A stretch of DNA of 62,872 nt, filler included, from Octopus bimaculoides (lineage: Eukaryota), in NCBI RefSeq assembly GCF_001194135.2. It is 4 parts of 3 records of this genome, joined end to end, with 100 filler letters (N's around TTAATTAATTAA, not from the genome) between each part and the next. Parts side by side here need not be neighbours in the genome. Positions count along the whole stretch, not along the records: positions 1 to 13,294 come from NC_068998.1; 3 more parts are not named here. One strand, 5' to 3'. Below the pieces are notes generated by a model that ran no database searches, was not told the DNA's origin, and saw nothing but the letters and a program-made list of their open reading frames with translations. Shown piece by piece: positions 1 to 13,394 of the stretch (the stretch's first letter is position 1; each line of letters opens with the position of its first letter). Both the position numbers and the translations under genes were made by a program.

Positions 1-43
<43 letters not shown>

Positions 44-324
44 GTATACACACACACGTATATACAGACTCAGTGGGGTGTGTCACAGAGTTTTAGCAAC
101 GCATGTACGAAGCATTCAACCGGAAGAAAGTGAATGTAAATATTTGCTTTCATTCATTAATGTTTGTCCCAATTATAAATAATGAATATGAAGAGGCATG
201 TTTGAAATTAGTTATATCAAGTGCTGGCAAATATATGCGCGCGCGTGTTTGCGAATGTGTGTGTGTGTACGTGTTTGTGTGCACGCGCTGTATATATATA
301 TTTATATTATATATATTTGTAAAG

Positions 325-462
325 AGGCTGAAGTGTGGGTGTGTGGTTCCGGATTCAGTCCTACTGCGTGGCATCTTGGCAAAGTGTCTTCTACTGTAGC
401 CATGGGCCGATCAATTCTTTGTGAGTGGATTTGGTAGACGGAAACTGAAAGAAGCCCGTTGT
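325..462 (+). mobile_element. SINE family A, 5' half (tRNA-like head plus CORE-like segment)
   Basis: ggcaaagtgtcttctactgtagcc...gtgagtggatttggtagacggaaactgaaagaagcccg matches the full copy at 16457-16865. Confidence 0.85.
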
Positions 463-706
463 ATTTATAATTATATATATCAATGTATTTGTGTGTTTGT
501 GTTTGTCACGCTACCATCGCCCGAAAGGTCACATATGTAGTTCGATTCATTCCAAACATTGTAGAGAGATCATAAATGTACTACGTGTATGTGTATGTGT
601 GTCTTTATGTGTGTGTATGTATGTGGGCGTAGATGTGTTGATGTGCGTGTGGTATATTTATATCTTGCACGATAAGAACTTTGACAGCCATATGTTTTGC
701 AAATAC

Positions 707-776
<70 letters not shown>

Positions 777-860
777 CACGTATATTTGTATATGTACATC
801 TGTATAATCTTAATGTATATATATATATGTGTGTGTGTGTGTATATTTATGTGTGTGTAT

Positions 861-971
<111 letters not shown>

Positions 972-1138
972 TTTATACATGCATACACACATACACCCAC
1001 ATATACACATTTGCATATACAAACACCTGTATATGTATTACATGTAAATATGTATGTTTATGTTTAACACGCACATACACATGCATATGCACACACACAC
1101 ACACTCATACATGTGCACACGCAGACATACATATAAAT

Positions 1139-1187
<49 letters not shown>

Positions 1188-2091
1188 TGCATACACCTCC
1201 ATATCGATGCCTATAATTACATATATAATTATATATGCACATTTGTAATTATCTTCATTCGCGTAAACTACTAATTACTATATGTAAATACATGTATCTG
1301 ACCCCTCTCTCTTTTTTCTCTTACTCCCTCTTTCTCTCTCTCTCTCTTGCTTTGTCTCTGCTTGTTTGTGTGTGTGTATAGGCGTATATACGTTTGCATA
1401 TATATGTGTGTTAGCACATAAGCATGCAAATAAATTTCTATNNNNNNNNNNNNNNNNNNNNNNNNNNNNNNNNNNNNNNNNNNNNNNNNNNNNNNNNNNN
1501 NNNNNNNNNNNNNNNNNNNNNNNNNNNNNNNNNNNNNNNNNNNNNNNNNNNNNNNNNNNNNNNNNNNNNNNNNNNNNNNNNNNNNNNNNNNNNNNNNNNN
1601 NNNNNNNNNNNNNNNNNNNNNNNNNNNNNNNNNNNNNNNNNNNNNNNNNNNNNNNNNNNNNNNNNNNNNNNNNNNNNNNNNNNNNNNNNNNNNNNNNNNN
1701 NNNNNNNNNNNNNNNNNNNNNNNNNNNNNNNNNNNNNNNNNNNNNNNNNNNNNNNNNNNNNNNNNNNNNNNNNNNNNNNNNNNNNNNNNNNNNNNNNNNN
1801 NNNNNNNNNNNNNNNNNNNNNNNNNNNNNNNNNNNNNNNNNNNNNNNNNNNNNNNNNNNNNNNNNNNNNNNNNNNNNNNNNNNNNNNNNNNNNNNNNNNN
1901 NNNNNNNNNNNNNNNNNNNNNNNNNNNNNNNNNNNNNNNNNNNNNNNNNNNNNNNNNNNNNNNNNNNNNNNNNNNNNNNNTATATATATATGCATATATA
2001 TATAAATATTAATATTTCTAAGTCTCTCTAAAGGAGACTACGGCAGCGGTACTGGAAATTAATAGTTATCGCCAAGCCAACATGGCAGAAA

Positions 2092-2170
2092 CTTTGTCCT
2101 GCTGATGATAGCTGACCTAGCAAATTATTTTATTTTGTTGAAAATAGCTTGAAACCTTGGTTCAGGAAAG
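2092..2170 (+). ncRNA. Type I hammerhead-ribozyme-like motif
   Basis: Stem I tcctg(2097-2101)/cagga(2163-2167); core CTGATGA 2102-2108; stem II agctg/tagct; GAAA 2151-2154; stem III acc-tt-ggt; GUU cleavage triplet; U.U mismatch at positions 10.1/11.1. Confidence 0.55.
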
Positions 2171-2474
2171 ATGGCAAATGTTTTTACATTTCATTCCCTT
2201 TCGAAATTATCCCTAATTGAGTTTGACTGCTCCTTCTAGCGGGTTAGATGTCCTATTATGGACATCTCTGTTACGTGTTTAAATGTATCCTGTATGTATT
2301 TATATGAATAATATATAGTCTATTGACTAGTTTTCCATCTCGCTAGAATTTCTGAATTCTTTTTGCTGCCCTGAGATATATTAATAAATATACATATGCA
2401 TATATATACATATATAAAAACGTATATATACATATATATATATATATAAATATGTATATATTCTNNNNNNNNNN

Positions 2475-2506
<32 letters not shown>

Positions 2507-2629
2507 GTATATATACATATATATATAAATATGTATATATTCTCATATATATATATATATACATATATGCATATATATATATGTATATATACACACATAT
2601 ATATGCATATATATATATACAAATAATAA

Positions 2630-2800
2630 CAACAGACGAGGACAGGTGGTGTAAATAACAAAAGGATATATTAGTATGACGCTCGGGAATACGGAAAGTC
2701 TTTGACGTTTCGAGCTACGCTCTTCAACAGAAAGAATACGGAGACAAGGAGAAAAACACGGAGAAAAAAAATTGAATAGTGTTCAGTCAACGGTCAATGT
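2630..2800 (-). mobile_element. PLE-type terminal repeat (family H) carrying a minimal hammerhead-like motif
   Basis: Homologous to 3930-4060 (+): ctgttgaagagcgtagctcgaaacgtcaaagact...ttcccgagcgtca. Confidence 0.6.
2699..2735 (-). ncRNA. Minimal hammerhead-like motif with palindromic stem III
   Basis: Minus strand reads UCUUU-CUGUUGA-A-GAGC-GUA-GCUC-GAAA-CGUC-AAAGA: 5-bp stem I, 4-bp stem II, ACGU palindrome; core has U at position 6. Confidence 0.55.
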
Positions 2801-2943
2801 TTATATTCATATATATACTTTATATATATTCATAAATATATACATATATACATATATTGATATACATGTATATATACATAAATACATACATATATATATA
2901 TGCATATGTATATAATGTGCACATCTTAATGTAGCTTGTTCAT

Positions 2944-3060
<117 letters not shown>

Positions 3061-3739
3061 AGAATAGAGCAAACTATATTGCTATATTGTAAATGTCCTG
3101 TCCAGGACCTCACGCCATACTCTCACTGACGCAGTACACAGCACGCTACAACGTAAATGTCCCGTATACTGCACGCTATATGAATGGCACACTCAGTTAA
3201 GCAAACGATACTAAAACTCCGAAATTTATTCAATAAATAGATTATACGAAGATGGAAACTGATATCTAAATAGTGAAACAATGCAGATACACCCTTGTCA
3301 TTAAGGTAAGTCGATATGGAATTATATGTATTTGTACTATTACTTAGAGTAATTTTGTTACATACGGAGTCAATAAATCTATAATCTAATTGTGTTTTGC
3401 TTTAGAATAACTGAAACCGTTCCAAACTTGATTTGTTTCCATAGGCATTAATTAATTTTATGAATTCTCTCAATTAACATCCGAGGGCCTCCTAAGTCTC
3501 TGAGTTGAGAGTAAATACTATAATTTGTGGAGGTAGATCTAGCAAACCGTTTTGTTTAAAGCATCGATATGGTTGATTCATGGGTGATTTTAAACGTTTT
3601 CTTTTGCTTGGGGAGTGGGGGGTGATGACTTCATTCAACTGAGGGTATCTTGGGTAAGTTCCTTCTCATTAGTTGGGATCGAGTTAAGGCTTAAAGAGAT
3701 TTAGTAGATGTACACATTGAGGGATACACACACAAACAC

Positions 3740-3772
<33 letters not shown>

Positions 3773-3929
3773 CACACGCATTTGCGCACCGTAGATCAGT
3801 CGGGCCACCGTTGTTATCTCCCTTTCACTCAGCCTCTTTCTTTCGATCATGTCCTCATGTTGAACCGTTATTCCCTATATATATTCATCTCTCTTCTTTT
3901 CTTCGTTCTCTCTCCATTTTCCCCTCCTC

Positions 3930-4060
3930 AATCATTTCTGTCGAAGTGCGTGGGTTCGAAACGTCAAAACTTATTCTATTCTTCCCGAGCGTCAAACTGA
4001 TACACCTACTTGTTGTTCCCTCACCCGTCATCGTCAATTGTTTTCTGTAAATTTGAACTC
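3930..4060 (+). mobile_element. Second, more degraded family H copy with hammerhead-like remnant (3935-3968)
   Basis: ttt-CTGTCGA-A-gtgcgtgggttc-GAAA-CGTC-aaa followed by ttcccgagcgtcaaactgatac, as in 2630-2800. Confidence 0.55.
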
Positions 4061-4081
4061 TCTCCCTCTCTTTCTGTATAT

Positions 4082-4226
4082 ATTTCTTTATTGCCACAAG
4101 GGGCTAAACATAGAGAGGACAAACAAGGACAGACAAAGGGATTAAGTCGATTACAACGACCCCAGTGCATAACTGGTACTTATTTAATAGACCCCGAAAG
4201 GATGAGGGGCAAAGTCGACCTCGGCG
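4082..4226 (-). mobile_element. SINE family B, 3' part
   Basis: gtcgacctcggcg, ctggtacttatttaat and gacaaacaaggacagacaa are shared with 32196-32428. Confidence 0.85.
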
Positions 4227-4529
4227 CAGTACAGTGAACTAATAATACGTTATGGTGCCTCGTAGCTGTGAAAGTGGACTGAGGCATTGATAGTTATGTG
4301 TCTTATCATCGATGGTCAAGAATATAACAGACTACTGGCAACAAGACACGAACACGAACACTCATCTTCTCATTGTCATTGTACCACAACCCACTCGGTT
4401 ACTCATATTCCCTCATAAAGATATTTTCGCATTTAAGCACCAACCAAAGACCAATTAAATAGGAATTATTGATCCAAACTTACAACTTTATTGAAACTGC
4501 AAACCGTCGACTTTTGTGTCGTTTGTCAA

Positions 4530-4621
4530 CCAATCAGAAATAATTTCTTAATTGAACAAATAACCAATGACATCAACAGAAAAAAGATGACGTCACATTT
4601 TCTATACTTCAAATTGACGTC
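4530..4621. promoter_or_regulatory. Candidate promoter cluster: two CCAAT boxes plus CRE
   Basis: CCAAT at 4530 and 4564, TGACGTCA at 4588-4595, TGACGTC at 4615-4621, in non-repetitive sequence. Confidence 0.3.
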
Positions 4622-5188
4622 TGCCATTATTTTTGACAACCTTTTTACATTGGAAACAATATTGTTTATATTAGACGTTATGGTCCGCTTTTGTGTTTGA
4701 CTAACTTTGGTTGAGTATCTCTGTAAGAAATGTAACATAAGTGCCCAATATATTGATTATATCGCGCACACAAATACACACACGCACATACATTTATACA
4801 CGCTAACATATATATGTATATTGGGATGGATGGATGAATGGCTGGCTGTATAACTACAGCAATTAGCTGAACTGTCGTGCATTCTTCTCTTTCATTCATT
4901 TAAGGTAATTGTCCACATCATCACAAATAGCTTACAGGGAGCTAATGTTGCCATCAATTATTCGTTTGTCCAACAAACTTATCACATTATCTATAGAATA
5001 TTACACCTCTGGACAATAAACAATGGGCGAGTGTGCAAACATGCATATGCATACATACATACATACGTACGCACACATACACATGTATATATATACATCC
5101 ACACACACATACATACCTATGTACACATACATATATTATATATACACAAAATGTATTCACATACTTATATGTAGTACATATATATACA

Positions 5189-5232
<44 letters not shown>

Positions 5233-5618
5233 CACACACAGAGACAAGATAGGCTTAATTAGAGGAAACAAGGCATGGCATTGTAATAAACGCGATGAAA
5301 GTAACATTTACGGGTGTATATTATAAGTAAACACACACCTTTAACATCTTTGTATGGAGTAGAAATGCATGTGTGTAATGCACGCTTTTGTTTCTATGGC
5401 CAAACGCATATGTGTATGTATGTGTGGAGGTGCATGAATGTATGTGTGTGTGTGTGTGCGTACGTACACTCACGTGCGTGAGCGGGGTAGGGGATTTGTG
5501 TCTAAGTTCTGTGCTATAAATCAGGTGATTTCAATCGCTCAAAGAACTCACCTGCTTCAGTGACCAGATTTTTAGGCTTAACTTACCAAAAGTGGCAGAA
5601 TATCGATAACATATACAT

Positions 5619-5702
<84 letters not shown>

Positions 5703-6348
5703 ATACACACACATATATATATATACACATATACATATATATATAAATATATATATATATATTGTATGTATGCATGTGTATATATATTGCATGTATGCAT
5801 GTATATATATATATATGTATATATATATATGTGTATATATATATATATNNNNNNNNNNNNNNNNNNNNNNNNNNNNNNNNNNNNNNNNNNNNNNNNNNNN
5901 NNNNNNNNNNNNNNNNNNNNNNNNNNNNNNNNNNNNNNNNNNNNNNNNNNNNNNNNNNNNNNNNNNNNNNNNNNNACACACACACAGAGAGATACATGTA
6001 TATAAATATATGCTCACATACATACATTTTAATACACACACACACATATATATGTATATATACAAACAAGCACACACATACTAACAGGTACATACACTCA
6101 CGTATTAAAAGAATGAGAGTGGTGAGAGTATGAGAAGCGAGATTTCACAGCGTGTGAGTTAAACATACGGGCTTCCTGTTTGTCTCGGGTAATATTTTTT
6201 GTTCCGTGCACACATCTCCACACAATGCACACACAATATCCATTTCTTTGGCCGATCCCAGGCTATTGATACAACAAACGGCAGAATACAGATTCGTGCA
6301 CCCAGGCCTATATGAATCTAAACATACATGCATATAAAATTAGTGTAT

Positions 6349-6384
<36 letters not shown>

Positions 6385-6411
6385 GTAAATTTATGGATAT
6401 ATGCACATGTA

Positions 6412-6479
<68 letters not shown>

Positions 6480-6700
6480 GACGCACGCATACATATATGT
6501 ATGTATGTATATATATGTATAAAACTTACATTTCGGATAATCACGAATCGCTTTGAAGTGGTCTGTTAATCATTAATTAATTCACTCGCGCTCACGCACA
6601 TACATTACATGTGTATTAGTTAAACATATACATGTATGAATTGATACATACACGTATATGTGTGTGTATGTGTGTGTATATGTGTGTGTGTATGTGCATG

Positions 6701-6776
<76 letters not shown>

Positions 6777-7440
6777 NNNNNNNNNNNNNNNNNNNNNNNN
6801 NNNNNNNNNNNNNNNNNNNNNNNNNNNNNNNNNNNNNNNNNNNNNNNNNNNNNNNNNNNNNNNNNNNNNNNNNNNNNNNNNNNNNNNNNNNNNNNNNNNN
6901 NNNNNNNNNNNNNNNNNNNNNNNNNNNNNNNNNNNNNNNNNNNNNNNNNNNNNNNNNNNNNNNNNNNNNNNNNNNNNNNNNNNNNNNNNNNNNNNNNNNN
7001 NNNNNNNNNNNNNNNNNNNNNNNNNNNNNNNNNNNNNNNNNNNNNNNNNNNNNNNNNNNNNNNNNNNNNNNNNNNNNNNNNNNNNNNNNNNNNNNNNNNN
7101 NNNNNNNNNNNNNNNNNNNNNNNNNNNNNNNNNNNNNNNNNNNNNNNNNNNNNNNNNNNNNNATATATATAGATAAATAGATAGATAGATAGATTGGTAG
7201 ACAGATATGTATATACATTTGGCCATTGTGTGTATATGTTTATGTGCGTATGTGTATGTATATATATATATATTGATATGTCTTTCGATTCCCGCTTGAT
7301 CCCTTCCTCTTCTTGTTCGCCGCACCTTTATTTCTGTCTCTGATCATAATATACCGATGTGGTTGCCATATTGACATGCACTTAAAATGCATCTATAATT
7401 TATTATTTCATTCATCATTTACTTGCATAAGGGCGAAGAG

Positions 7441-7638
7441 ATGGCAGAGTCGTTAGAATGTTTCGTAGCACTTGCTCCGGCTTATTACGTCCTGAGTTCG
7501 AATACAGTTAGATCGAATTTGCCGTTCATTCTTTTCCGGTTCGATAAAATAAGTACCAGTTGGCCACTGGGGTCGATATAATCGACCCACACCCTTCCCA
7601 CTAACTTTGCTGGACTTGTGCCAGGATTTGAAACTGTT
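7441..7638 (+). mobile_element. SINE family B variant (ttgctggccttgtgcc-type tail), degraded
   Basis: cgataaaataagtaccagt...ctggggtcgatataatcgac...gctggacttgtgcc. Confidence 0.75.
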
Positions 7639-7775
7639 ATATACGCACCTACATATATATCTAAAATTGCGTTTTTGTCGAGTCAGTCTCTTGCTACTCG
7701 GAGTTTCACCCACAGATGCAGAGGATTTTTCAGGAAAGTTATGACACAACACTGCTTTTGATACTGTGCATTCAT

Positions 7776-7943
7776 AGGCAAAGGTGCGGCTGTGTAGTAA
7801 GAAGCTTGTTTCCTAACCTCATGGTCCCGGGTTCAGTCTCACTGCGTGGCACCTTGTTCAAGTGTCTTCTAGTATAACCTCGGGTCGACCAAAACCCTGT
7901 GAGTGGATTTGGTAGACGGAAACTGAAAGAATTCCATTGTATA
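7776..7943 (+). mobile_element. SINE family A, 5' half
   Basis: tRNA-like head (ggctgtgtagtaag; ggttcagtc) and gtgagtggatttggtagacggaaactgaaagaa. Confidence 0.85.
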
Positions 7944-8284
7944 CATACGCCCGAAATGAGGAGTAAATTAACAGCTGACAACTGATGAAGGGTCGTTCTT
8001 TGTGTTACTTTCCTGTTTTCCATTTTTTCTCTCGTACTTGTTCCCTGGAGTGGAACCTCTTAGGTGCACCCATGATCATTCGTGACCGACGGAGTCGATT
8101 TTTCTATATATATATACACACACACATGACACACACACACACGACACACACACACATGGCACACACACACACACACACACACACACGGTACACACACACA
8201 CACACACACACACAAAGTATATATATATATATATGTATAAGACATTCAATACTTTATTTCATTGTACCATCCATTTTTATTTTA

Positions 8285-8392
8285 TTTTATATTATATATT
8301 GTATATTATATTATATATTGTATATTCCATATTCTATATCTCACATTGGTTTTGCAGGAATATAAATAAAACATAAAAAACAGACAGTGTTG
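8285..8392 (+). repeat. 108-bp dispersed repeat, copy 1
   Basis: Matches 24493-24600 with 2 mismatches. Confidence 0.85.
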
Positions 8393-8468
8393 GAACTCTT
8401 TTAAACAAAATAATATATTCCTCTATACACAATCATACAAAACCCCTTTTTTTGTATTTATTTTTACT

Positions 8469-8502
<34 letters not shown>

Positions 8503-8622
8503 NNNNNNNNNNNNNNNNNNNNNNNNNNNNNNNNNNNNNNNNNNNNNNNNNNNNNNNNNNNNNNNNNNNNNNNNNNNNNNNNNNNNNNNNNNNNNNNNNN
8601 NNNNNNNNNNNNNNNNNNNNNN

Positions 8623-8683
<61 letters not shown>

Positions 8684-9903
8684 TATATGAAGTAGATGTT
8701 GGGTCTGTGAATTTAAGTATTTAATATGGTTTTGAAAGTAAACTTGTTTTTCTTTTTATTAATTCAATCGTGGAGATTAAATCAAAGAAAACTAAATCTA
8801 TTAATCTATGATTTTGCGTTGTTAAGTAATAAATTGTGGAACTTTATGTAATCTAGAGCTTTATTGTTATGTATTTAAAGGGAGAAGTCTTTTTTTTTTG
8901 TTCCCTAACTTTCAGAAATGTTAAGGTTGTGAAGGAGATGAGATTGGGAAGATGTCGATAGCTGTTTAAGTTTCATAAATTGTTATAAGCTATTGAGGGC
9001 TTTGAAAATGATGTATTGTCTCATAAACCAAGTTAAATGCGTTATAAAGGAACTATGTAGAGCCAGAAGCGAAATAATAGTATAAATGATAATGGCAACC
9101 GGATAAAGGATAATGTCTAATAAATAACCAGATGCATTAAAAGTAATAATTCATAATGAATAAGATAAGGATGGATGACTAGAACATGTATTTAAAAGGA
9201 AATTCCGTGTTGCTATGATGAAATAATGGTGATAATGATAGGCATGTGTGTGTATGCTTAAGGTGTGTGTATATATGTGAGGAGCTGTTATGTACGACCA
9301 GGGTGAAATTTATGTTTTGGGAAAGGATTATGATTATTTATAATTTGTTCAAAGTTAAAGAAGGTAAATACAAACTAACTGTAGGGTTGTGGTTGTAAGC
9401 GGTTGTGTTCAAACAATATCGCCATAACCGTCTATTAAAAATGGCGTTGCGTTATCACGTACGTCCATATGTCAGAGAGTCTACTACAAACAGTAGGTGT
9501 GGTTTATAGGCGAATATAGAGGGAAAAGGTCTTTAAGTAAATGTTGGATCTGTGATGTGGGCTTGAGAGATGTATTTTAATACGAGCATAATACGAGCAA
9601 TGAAATTACTTTTGATTTATGCGTGTGCTTACATTACATAAGCGTGTGTAATTTGGAACGCTGATTAGGTTTGAGTTGAATTTTAGATGTTAATAGAGTT
9701 GGGTGTTGGCGATAGTTAGCTTTAATAAAAGGTAAAAATTAGGGTTAATAGCTAGATATTATTCATGCCTAAATAGTTAATTACAAATTAAATACTGTAT
9801 TAGGGTGTAGTTTAGAGAGAGAGTGAGAGAGATGCCTGTATAATTATGAGAAAGATGTGAGGAGGATTGATAAGAAGTAGATTAGAATGAACTAATATTG
9901 GAG

Positions 9904-9906
<3 letters not shown>

Positions 9907-9986
<80 letters not shown>
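9907..9986. repeat. (GATA)n microsatellite
   Basis: Direct inspection. Confidence 0.95.
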
Positions 9987-9987
<1 letters not shown>

Positions 9988-10352
9988 GTTAAGTCGCTCT
10001 TGCGCTACTCGCTTCAGTTGTAACTTTCGAATGATGCTACATCGCTGGTTAGGCGATTAATTAAGTACCGGCATACGTATATGGAGGATGTATAAATATA
10101 TGATGCATGTATAAAAATATGTGAAGTATGTATAAAGGGAGTAGAAAAGTATATACGAAATCAAAGTATATGGGTAAGAGGGAAATATAAAACAGAAATA
10201 TATCAACATCACGATATACAAATTTGTATAAAACTAGAGAGAACATTAACATAAAATTAATAATATAAAGATTAAATAATATAATTACAGAAGTATATAT
10301 ATACTCACACACACACACACATATGTACAAATATCTATCTATCTATCTCCTA

Positions 10353-10390
<38 letters not shown>

Positions 10391-11244
10391 TCCAAGATGG
10401 CGAATATCGTGATGCATAAAGAAACTAAGTCAGAAGTTGGTGTTGGTTTGAATAGAACAAGCCATATACACACATACACGCGTATGCACATATACATAAG
10501 CATATATACGTATGTATCTATGTATACATATACGCACACGTAATCATAAATATATATATGACCGCATTTATCCTTCTTTACCCTCCTCTTTTTGGGTTAG
10601 ACAGCAATAATTGAATGATGTTAGTTTACACAAAGTGTTTCATTGTTTTAAGAAAAAAGCGACCCAATCTCCTCTCCTGTAATAGTTTTGTATCAAACAT
10701 CCATTACATCTGGCGTAGCTGTAACAATAGAAAGGCAGCCAACAGGGAATTGCCTTTCAAGATGGCTACGAATAAACGTAGATTTGCTATTAATGTTTAT
10801 AAATAGAAATCTCTTAGCAGGATACATTTTGTCTTCGAAGATGAAGTAATGGTGACAGCGATAATATGCTTATATTATTTTGTTGTACATAACTGCAGTG
10901 TATATAGATCTTTTAACCTTGTCTAAAGTCTATAATGCTTGTGTATGATATTATGTTGTGCATATAAAATGTGTATTATCTAGATGGAGGTATATAATGT
11001 CCGTCTTATGTGTTATGTTTCACATCAAGTATATATAAACTCTATTGTCTGGTGTGTGTAATGTTTAGACCAGGTTTGGGTAACCAAGCGCTTTGCATGA
11101 AATATGACTTATTATCAGGTAGGCTACACTACAAGAAAATTTCAAGGTAACATTTTGTTAACCGTACCATTAAGAAATTCCCGTGGGCCGCAGTTTTCTA
11201 GAGACTTGTTTAGGCAGTGTATATACCAGATTGAGTCAAAAGTC

Positions 11245-11400
11245 TGTTTACGTCCCCCATAACTTAGCGGTTCAGCAAAAGTGACCGATGGAATAAGTAC
11301 TTGGCTTACAAAGAATAAGTCCCGGGGTCGATTTGTTCGACTAAAAGGCGGTGCTCCAGCATGGCCGCAGTCAAAAGACTGAAACAAATACAAGAATAAA
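11245..11400 (+). mobile_element. SINE family A, 3' half
   Basis: aacttagcggttc...ggcggtgctccagcatggccgcagtcaaa. Confidence 0.85.
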
Positions 11401-12004
11401 AGACTAACCTTATACACATACACGCGCGCACACACACGTACAGAGGGGGGACAGGCGAAGGGAAGAGAGAGAAGAAGGTGCACACACACACACACACATT
11501 GGTTGTATTGTGATGACTGATGTTCATAACAGACGGTTTTAAAAGTGCGTTACAATCAGTGAACTTTGACTAACTATAGAGATTTAATTACCATTTAGCG
11601 TGATATATTGTGACTTATTGACCAAAATATTGGGTCTTGAACAGTTTGGCATATAGAGGAAAAGAACAAATACAAACAAATGATATTAGCTTTACTGCTA
11701 CTTTTAATGATAATAACTCTTTTCCAGAACAGGCACAAAACATGAAATGTTGGTGAGAAGAGGAAAATTACATCAAGCCTGGTTTTTGGATAGTTCTTAT
11801 TTCCTTGATGAAAAGGAAAGTCTAAAATTTTAAAACAAACTCATAATTTTCAAGAACAACACTATGTACAAAACCAAATATATGGCACCCTAGGCATAAC
11901 ACCAACTTGAACTTCTAACTTGTTGTCTCTTGAGGTTTCTAGGTGAGACTTGGTGCCAACTTGCACAAATGCAAAGCAAAAGTCAAACATAAAATAATAA
12001 TAAT

Positions 12005-12164
12005 TTCTATTATAGACAGAATGTCTAAGTCGATTAAATCTACCTCAGTGCTCAATTGGTACTTCTTTCATCAATCGTGTGAGGAAGAAAGCAAAGTCGA
12101 CCTGGGCGGGATTTGAACTCAGAACGTGCATTATATCCGGCGTGCTAACGATTCTGCAAGCTCA
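12005..12164 (-). mobile_element. SINE family B, degraded
   Basis: gcaaagtcgacctgggcgggatttgaactcagaacg...cgtgctaacgattctgc. Confidence 0.8.
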
Positions 12165-12184
12165 ATATTAACAATAATATAAGC

Positions 12185-12430
12185 ATACTAATTAACGACA
12201 TAGCAATAACAAATGTCTCTGAAGTTGCTGCAGAATCCTGGTGAGAATCTGAAGAATTACAGCAATTTAGATGTCGAACTCGAAACAATATGACTGTTAT
12301 GGAATTTGTGTTTGTTCTGATATGAAATTGGCACCACTAAAGTTGGTACATTTCTGCAGAGTCTTTGATAGATTAGGTTCCAGAAAATAGAAATTCTAGG
12401 ATCTGTAAACATTGCTTGGGACTGTCTTAC
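12185..12430 (+). pseudogene. Decayed non-LTR retrotransposon, restriction-like endonuclease C-terminus
   Basis: Broken frames give LINDIAIT, LKNYSNLDVELETI and QKIEILGSVNIAW, resembling the DVAIP...KY..L..E...QK.ALLGTA pattern. Confidence 0.35.
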
Positions 12431-13338
12431 ATGGCTTTTGTTAACTTTGCACAGTTATGTTAACTATAAATATTTTTGTTCATCAGAAATCGTCTTAGGT
12501 ATGTTTTCACAGATGTACCCACAATTTGAAGGAAGCAAATTGTTGTGGTATTCCGTAAACAACGAAGTTGAGAAATATGTGTGTGTGTGTGTGTGTGTGT
12601 GCGTGTGTGTGTGTGTGTGTATGTACATACAGACAGACAGATCGAGGGAGAGAGCGAGAGAGCGGTGTTTTCTGTGAGAGATGAAGGAAAAGGCAGGGAC
12701 AGAACGCTGCCAATGCGTCTCTTGCTTGACTTTGTGAAATTACACGTTCTGCATTCATCACTGACTGTTCAATAATAAAATGAATTTTGAAATGTCTCTG
12801 AGAAGATGATCATTCAAGTGTTTTCTGAAATGACTGAATAGAGGAAACTGAATTGGACAATGTTTGTGAGTTGCCTAGATAAGTTGTGCATTGGATGAAA
12901 GATCGATGCAAAAACAGTGATAGATAGACACAACCAACTAGACAGATAGATGGTATTTCTTGACGCGAAGCAAGTATCTTATTAAAATTTAAGAGAGTAA
13001 AACAAATATTTATTCGTAAGTTTTCTTAGGAGAAATTTAAAGAACAGAGATTCATAATTTTCTCTCAATTCTGTAATAAACTTGCTAATTCTAAACGATA
13101 TCGTTTTTTTTTTTCCCCGATGTAGTTTAATGTCTTTAAGACTGCGTTGTAGAATATATGTGTGTCTTTAAAAGAACTCAAATAAAACTCAAAGAAAAAA
13201 AGGTACGTACATACAAACATACAGTCATACATAAGAGCGCGAGGGAGAGAGAAGGGTTGCGAACCCAATGGAAGTTATTTTACAGACAGACAATNNNNNN
13301 NNNNNNNNNNNNNNNNNNNNNNNNNNNNNNNNNNNNNN

Positions 13339-13350
13339 TTAATTAATTAA
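13339..13350. other. Assembly join marker N44-TTAATTAATTAA-N44 (also at 31294-31305 and 56276-56287)
   Basis: Identical 12-mer with stops in all six frames, centred in 100-nt gaps three times. Confidence 0.9.
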
Positions 13351-13394
13351 NNNNNNNNNNNNNNNNNNNNNNNNNNNNNNNNNNNNNNNNNNNN

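Noticed and set aside
10393-10766. Two YY1-like CAAGATGGC motifs
   Set aside because: Short motifs with no supporting promoter context.
13295-13394. TTAATTAATTAA islands within N runs (also at 31294 and 56276)
   Set aside because: Exactly N44+12+N44 = 100 nt each time: an artificial scaffold spacer. Adjacency across these points is not reliable.
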